Assembly (NCBI GenBank): GCA_965214935.1
Contig: CBDCCS010000007.1
Coordinates: forward strand, 1-12,193
From: Candidatus Velthaea sp.
Lineage (GTDB): Bacteria; Vulcanimicrobiota; Vulcanimicrobiia; Vulcanimicrobiales; Vulcanimicrobiaceae
DNA length: 12,193 nt
Reading direction: 5' to 3'
The notes under the pieces were generated by a model. It ran no database searches. It had not been told where the DNA came from and saw only the letters and a program-made list of their open reading frames with translations. Below, in pieces: positions 8,601 to 12,193 of this stretch (its first letter is position 1; every line of letters starts with the position of its first letter). Position numbers and translations under genes: made by a program.

Positions 8601-9394
8601 GGACCGCCGAGAGCGATCGACGCCTCTTCCGTAGCGGGATACGTCCCCGTTTTGATGACCTGATTGATGGAGCCCGCCAGACCCTGCGCTTCAGAGTTTG
8701 CGGGGCTCGCGCCCGTGTAGACTTGCAATTCTTGCTGTCCGAGCGAGGAGGTCGAGCCCGATGGGTAGTTGTCGAAGCCTCGGTTGATCGGAATGCCGTC
8801 GAACTCGTAACCGACTTCGCCGCTGTCGCCACCGCGAATGTGCACCGTTTCGTTGTAGCCGGTCTGATTCGGCGGCACGTACGCGCCGGGCACGCTCGCG
8901 ATTGCGGAATAGGCGCTATTGAGATTCCCGCCACCACCGAGAGCGGCGGCCCGATCTTGCTGCGCCGCATTGACGGAATAGACGTCGGCCGTCGTGCCGG
9001 GCCGCACGAGGTCTGCGTTCGAACGCGCGTTGACGCGACCGATCGTCCGCAACGTTTTTTTGAGGCTGAGCGGTACGGTTTGCGAAGTGTCGGCATGGAC
9101 GGTCACGCCGGAGAGGGCGACCGCATCGTAGCCGCTTTGCTCGACCGATAACGTGTATGTATCGGGCGAAAGTGAAACGAAGGCGAAACGGCCCGCGGCA
9201 TCGGTCGCTACGGTAGCGCTTTGCGACGGACTCGTCACCGTCACTTTCGCGCCGGCTACCGCGGTGGAAGTCGCCGCGTCGACGACGCGGCCGCTGATGC
9301 CGCCCGTCGTTCCGGCAAACGCGCGAATGTTCGTAAGAAGCGATAGGACGACGAACAAAGCGGAGGCAGTGGTCGCGATGCGCCGAAATAGCAA
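5660..9394 (-). CDS. TonB-dependent outer membrane receptor with an N-terminal carboxypeptidase-regulatory-like domain (about 1244 aa)
   Basis: Start revised from 9487 to the in-frame TTG at 9394 (GGAG at 9406-9403, 8-nt spacer), giving the signal peptide MLFRRIATTASALFVVLSLLTNIRAFA. It is followed by GGISGRVVD...TDAAGRFAFVSLSPDTYTLSVEQSGY (N-terminal beta-sandwich), plug motifs SVPG, HIRGG, EFDGIPIN and GLAGSINQVIKTG, barrel motifs LTLNLGLRLD and QPRLGMTYALDPNTVLRASYG, and an amphipathic terminal strand AYLSLRLKL. Confidence 0.92.
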   Translation of the reverse strand: MLFRRIATTASALFVVLSLLTNIRAFAGTTGGISGRVVDAATSTAVAGAKVTVTSPSQSATVATDAAGRFAFVSLSPDTYTLSVEQSGYDAVALSGVTVHADTSQTVPLSLKKTLRTIGRVNARSNADLVRPGTTADVYSVNAAQQDRAAALGGGGNLNSAYSAIASVPGAYVPPNQTGYNETVHIRGGDSGEVGYEFDGIPINRGFDNYPSGSTSSLGQQELQVYTGASPANSEAQGLAGSINQVIKTGTYPATEEASIALGGPSYYHSANVELGGANKERTFSYYVAIGGFNQDHRYVDQYDGRSTANEFGPVLFGCPTASAILATLPSCFTNGRPNISQPLTPGYALGPTVYGGANAAAIINDATRSTIVNLHFGIPHKSGGLKDDVQLLYDNDEIYSALSSSALDMGLPNVRAYNSVTGYTGGNALSYSDSWQYNGALGTFLPNNPSAYKSLVVPYLFPSSPRSRAFNGPIPLDDRDVQLNQQGIFKAQYQKNFSSQAYLRLYGYTYYSDYIGTGPNSSSNGGSLYTGYDYGDYELSAHTRGLSATFADQINSRNLLEIQGSLTTSTALRMYNQQMFGAGDQFAVLVNRNDLTSGTCYALTGTAAAPTTCNPGTTLDVATPATFATLSGIGCATRNVVCPTPGATPAALAGVRCGTGPCGYYVAENGQYGEYNQVKPIFSGYSITDQYKPFDKLTLNLGLRLDHYAFIGADTTGSPARAFWFNAYNKDTCYDPTSGNLIDKTTFATTPNPITTSCASAGYQALNLQNVSGLRSDYDILQPRLGMTYALDPNTVLRASYGKYNEQPSSAYEQYSALQQNLPDLLGPSFYSYGFNTPSHDVRPSVSYNADFSLEHAFKGTDLSFKLTPFYRKTHDEIESFVLNQQSGLISGFNIGQQTSEGFELAINKGDFGRNGFASQLSFAYTNSYVQYSTLSNGSSVVSPINADIVQYNAYTSYCATHAADVKCGGVTKGVANITPSNGAAAAPCYVGTAASACGAAGAVANPYWNAPPQPLLDPNGKYLPYSVFPAGIGSGANSFEFPYVATLILNYKHDRFSITPSFQLEAGNRYGAPETTPGIDPAAGCTALAGTTARDPRYAYGTAGGAPYDATSCAGALNAIPDPYTGNFDAIGAFREPSELLANLRVSYQVSKNLELVGTFANIINRCFGGQHTAFTYYESPQVCSYGSLQSFVPPVGNAYNPGDNVQTFLRYPYEPSFGSYNDGGSSLIQPFSAYLSLRLKL

Positions 9395-9512
9395 AGCATC
9401 GACTCCATCCCAAGCGAAAGATTTCGACGCTCCGTTGGCTCGCGTTCGGGCGGTTCCTCCGTTGCTAAGGCCAATCGGCGACAACACGAAGAAGGCGAGG
9501 GTCGTCGGCGCT
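9395..9512. promoter_or_regulatory. Divergent promoter region between the transport operon and the enzyme operon
   Basis: 118-bp gap between the revised starts at 9394 (-) and 9513 (+). It contains the direct repeat CTCCGTTG at 9430-9437 and 9457-9464. No canonical sigma70 boxes were recognised. Confidence 0.5.
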
Positions 9513-10619
9513 ATGGCTGACCACGGCGGTAATTTGCAACGCTCGTTGCCGAGGGCGGCGTATTGGGACGAAGCCTTCTACGAACGCGAGCGGCTCGGCG
9601 TGTTCTGGAACGAATGGTTTCTCGTCGCTCGCGCGAGCGATCTCGAGCGTACTGGCGATTATCGCGTCGTCGACGTCGCGGGCGAAAGCGTTATCGTGGT
9701 TCGCGACGGCGAGGGGATGCTGCGCGCGCACCTTAACTTTTGCCGTCATCGCGGCAGCCGGCTCTTGTGCGGCGAAGGCACCTTGCGCGGGGCGATCCGT
9801 TGTCCGTACCACGCGTGGGCATACGCGCTCGACGGAGCGCTCGTGGCGAGCCCGTTCGTCGAGGCGGCCGCGTTGCCGGATGAGGTCCGCCGGCTGTACG
9901 CGGCCGAACTCGACGAATGGGGCGGATTTATCTTCGTACGCATCGCGTCGCCGGACGGCATGCGGCGACGGCCGTTACGCGAACAGCTGGGCCCCGCCGC
10001 AGCCCGAATCGCGCGTTATCCGCTTGCCGAACTGCGTACCGGTGCGAGCTTGCGCTACGAGGTCGCCGCAAACTGGAAAGTTATTCTCGAAAACTATAAC
10101 GAGTGTTATCACTGTGCGGGCGTTCATCCCGAGCTATGCCGCCTGGTGCCCGCGTTCAAGCAAGGCGGCGCTGCGGACCTGGATTGGGAGAACGGCATCC
10201 CGCATCGCGAGGGCGCCGTGACGTTCAGCCTCAGCGGCACGACGACTCGTGCCCCGCTCGCCGGGCTCGACGAACACGAGCGCACGCGGCACAAGGGCGA
10301 ATTGGTCTATCCGAATTTGATGTTGAGCCTGGCGTGCGATCACGTGGCGGCCTTTTCGGTTTTTCCCGAAGGGCCCGCGCGAACGACGATCGTTTGCGAG
10401 CTGCTCTTCGCACCGCAAGAAATCGCGCGCGCGGATTTCGATCCGGCGGACGTGCGCGACTTCTGGGATATCGTCAATCGCCAAGATTGGGCTATCTGCG
10501 AATCCGTTCAAGCCGGCATGCGTTCGCAATCGTTTCGCTACGGTTATTACGCCCCGATGGAAGATGCGAGCCTCGACATTCGGCGCTATCTCGAAGAGCG
10601 ATTAGCGATCGATGCGTGA
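9513..10619 (+). CDS. Rieske non-heme iron oxygenase alpha subunit (GbcA/Stc2/CntA/choline monooxygenase-like), copy 2
   Basis: Motifs CRH-x17-CPYH, NWKVILENYNECYHCAGVHP and NRQDW. Start revised to ATG 9513 (MADHGGNLQRSLPRAAY..., 368 aa); the upstream 120 codons in the ORF track are largely antisense to the receptor gene. Confidence 0.93.
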   Translation: MADHGGNLQRSLPRAAYWDEAFYERERLGVFWNEWFLVARASDLERTGDYRVVDVAGESVIVVRDGEGMLRAHLNFCRHRGSRLLCGEGTLRGAIRCPYHAWAYALDGALVASPFVEAAALPDEVRRLYAAELDEWGGFIFVRIASPDGMRRRPLREQLGPAAARIARYPLAELRTGASLRYEVAANWKVILENYNECYHCAGVHPELCRLVPAFKQGGAADLDWENGIPHREGAVTFSLSGTTTRAPLAGLDEHERTRHKGELVYPNLMLSLACDHVAAFSVFPEGPARTTIVCELLFAPQEIARADFDPADVRDFWDIVNRQDWAICESVQAGMRSQSFRYGYYAPMEDASLDIRRYLEERLAIDA

Positions 10620-11775
10620 GTTCGACGTTGCGGTGCTCGGCCTCGGCGGTATCGGCAGCGGGGCGGCTTACTGGCTAGCACGCCGCGGCGTGCGCGTGCT
10701 CGGCCTCGAGCAATTCGAACTCGGCCACGTGCGCGGCGAATCGCACGACCATTCGCGCATCATCCGGCTTTCGTATCATACGCCGCAATACGTCCGGCTT
10801 GCGAAACGCGCGTACGCCTCTTGGGCGATGCTCGAAGCCGAAACGGGCGAGCAGCTCGTCTATCGGACCGGCGGCCTCGACCTCGGGCCGCGCGCCGGAG
10901 CGATTCCGCTGGATGTATATGCTTCGAGCTTACGTACTTGCGACGTGCCCTTCGAAACGCTCGACGCTGAGGATATCCGGCGCCGTTGGCCCGTCTTCAC
11001 TATCGAAGACGACGTGCACGGCATCTATCAAACGGAGGGTGGGATCGTTGCGGCCGCGCGCGCGACGGCGGCCCATCAACGCGCCGCGCGCGCGCTCGGC
11101 GCCGTGCTGCTCGACGGCATCCGCTTGTCGGCGCTGCGTTGCGTAGGCGACGAAATCGAACTCGTCCTCGCGGACGGAACGACGTACCGTGCTTATAAAC
11201 TCGTGATTGCGGCCGGGCCTTGGACGGCGCCCGTGCTACGTTTCTTCGATATCTCGCTGCCGCTCGAAGTGACGAAGGAACAAGTCACCTACTTCGCGCC
11301 GGCCGATCCCACGCCGTTTGCGCCGGATCGCTTCCCGGTGTGGATCTGGATGGACGATCCGTCGTTTTACGGCTTTCCGATTTTCGGCGAAGCGGGGGTT
11401 AAGATCGCACAAGACGCGGGCGGGAAATCCGTCGATCCCGATACGCGCGGCTTCGAACCCGATCCGGAAATCTCGTCGCGCATGCGCGCGTTTATGGAGC
11501 GCCGCTTGCCGGCCGCGCTCGGTCGCGAGATCGTTACGAAGACGTGTCTCTACACCTTGACGCCCGATCGTGATTTCGTCGTCGACCGGCTCCCGGAGCA
11601 TCCGAACGTCTCGGTCGCGATCGGCGCCGGTCACGCGTTTAAATTCGCTTCGGTCATCGGGCGAGTGTTGAGCGAACTCGCCCTCGACGGCGCGACGCCG
11701 AGCGACGTAACGGGTTTTGAAGTCGATCGAGCGATCCTGCAGATGGCGTCGCCACCGAAATCTTATATGCTGTGA
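10612..11775 (+). CDS. solA: N-methyl-L-tryptophan oxidase / monomeric sarcosine oxidase family flavoenzyme (SolA-like)
   Basis: GLGGIG dinucleotide-binding motif, GESHDHSRIIRLSY (compare GSSHGxxRIIRxAY), KTCLYTLTPDRDFVVD with the covalent-FAD Cys at 11545-11547, and GHAFKF. Overlaps the upstream stop by 8 nt (ATGCGTGA). The symbol denotes the family; the substrate is not established. Confidence 0.9.
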   Translation: MREFDVAVLGLGGIGSGAAYWLARRGVRVLGLEQFELGHVRGESHDHSRIIRLSYHTPQYVRLAKRAYASWAMLEAETGEQLVYRTGGLDLGPRAGAIPLDVYASSLRTCDVPFETLDAEDIRRRWPVFTIEDDVHGIYQTEGGIVAAARATAAHQRAARALGAVLLDGIRLSALRCVGDEIELVLADGTTYRAYKLVIAAGPWTAPVLRFFDISLPLEVTKEQVTYFAPADPTPFAPDRFPVWIWMDDPSFYGFPIFGEAGVKIAQDAGGKSVDPDTRGFEPDPEISSRMRAFMERRLPAALGREIVTKTCLYTLTPDRDFVVDRLPEHPNVSVAIGAGHAFKFASVIGRVLSELALDGATPSDVTGFEVDRAILQMASPPKSYML

Positions 11776-12193
11776 GGGTGACTCGATCGTTCGTTTGCGC
11801 ACTCGCCGTCGCGTTGTCGGTCTGTTCGCTCGACGGCGCCGCGCGCGCCGCGACCTCCGCCACCGTGCCGCCCTACGCAGCGCTCGACGTGCGCGAAGCG
11901 CTCGTGCCGATGCGCGACGGAAAGCGTCTCGCCGTCAACCTGTTCTTTCCACGCGGCGTCTCGCCGAAGACGCGCCTGCCGCTCATCTTAGAATATTTGC
12001 CCTATCGAAAAGACGACTGGTCGCTCGCGCGCGACTATGGGGATTATTCGTACTTCGTACGGCGCGGATACGTCGCCGCGCGGCTCGACATCCGCGGAAC
12101 GGGCCGCAGCGAAGGCCTAACGCCGGATCGCGAATATTCCGAAGCGGAGCAGCGCGATTGTGCGGATGCCGTCGCGTGGCTCGCGAGCCGTCC
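11772..12193 (+). CDS. CocE/NonD family serine hydrolase (peptidase S15) with signal peptide; 3'-truncated by the window
   Basis: Not in the ORF track. Translated by hand from GTG 11778 (the in-frame GTG 11772 overlaps the solA stop as GTGA): MTRSFVCALAVALSVCSLDGAARAATSATVPPYAALDVREALVPMRDGKRLAVNLFFPRGVSPKTRLPLILEYLPYRKDDWSLARDYGDYSYFVRRGYVAARLDIRGTGRSEGLTPDREYSEAEQRDCADAVAWLASR. PMRDG-x-RLA, PYRK, GY and D-x-RGTG-x-SEG are CocE/NonD hallmarks. Confidence 0.92.
   Translation, partial: MRVTRSFVCALAVALSVCSLDGAARAATSATVPPYAALDVREALVPMRDGKRLAVNLFFPRGVSPKTRLPLILEYLPYRKDDWSLARDYGDYSYFVRRGYVAARLDIRGTGRSEGLTPDREYSEAEQRDCADAVAWLASR

Noticed and set aside
9395..9487. 31-aa N-terminal extension of the TonB receptor
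   Set aside because: It would bury the signal peptide. TTG 9394 has a well-spaced GGAG RBS.
9153..9512. 120-aa N-terminal extension of Rieske copy 2, suggesting a fusion or overlapping gene
   Set aside because: It is mostly the reverse complement of the receptor's signal peptide and N-terminal domain. The Rieske-like sequence begins after ATG 9513.
58..11863. The many other short ORFs in the six-frame track
   Set aside because: They are nested in or antisense to well-supported genes, are often Arg-rich, lack recognisable motifs and are typical of stop-poor high-GC DNA.
1..12193. CRISPR array, tRNA/rRNA, IS element, integrase or defence system
   Set aside because: I saw no periodic repeat-spacer pattern, structural RNA signature, terminal inverted repeats, or transposase, recombinase or nuclease motifs.

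Overview
GC-rich bacterial window with eight supportable CDSs and no RNA genes, CRISPR arrays or mobile elements that I can recognise. The core (3039-12193) looks like a catabolic/uptake cluster for an N-methylated amine or amino-acid derivative. It has two paralogous Rieske non-heme iron oxygenase alpha subunits (both with the ECYHC bridging-Glu motif of the GbcA/Stc2/CntA/choline monooxygenase group), a SolA/monomeric sarcosine oxidase-family flavoenzyme and a signal-peptide-bearing CocE/NonD hydrolase (cut by the window end and absent from the ORF track). Divergently transcribed from these are a large Cys-rich TonB-dependent receptor and an APC permease. No Rieske reductase, ferredoxin or regulator lies in the window. 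The left flank holds a 5'-truncated transglutaminase-fold protein with Ala at the catalytic Cys position and a hydrophobic, Gly-tailed C-terminal tip, plus a small secreted protein. Several ORF-track starts are over-extended and are corrected here. All functional calls come from motif recognition by eye, not from database searches.
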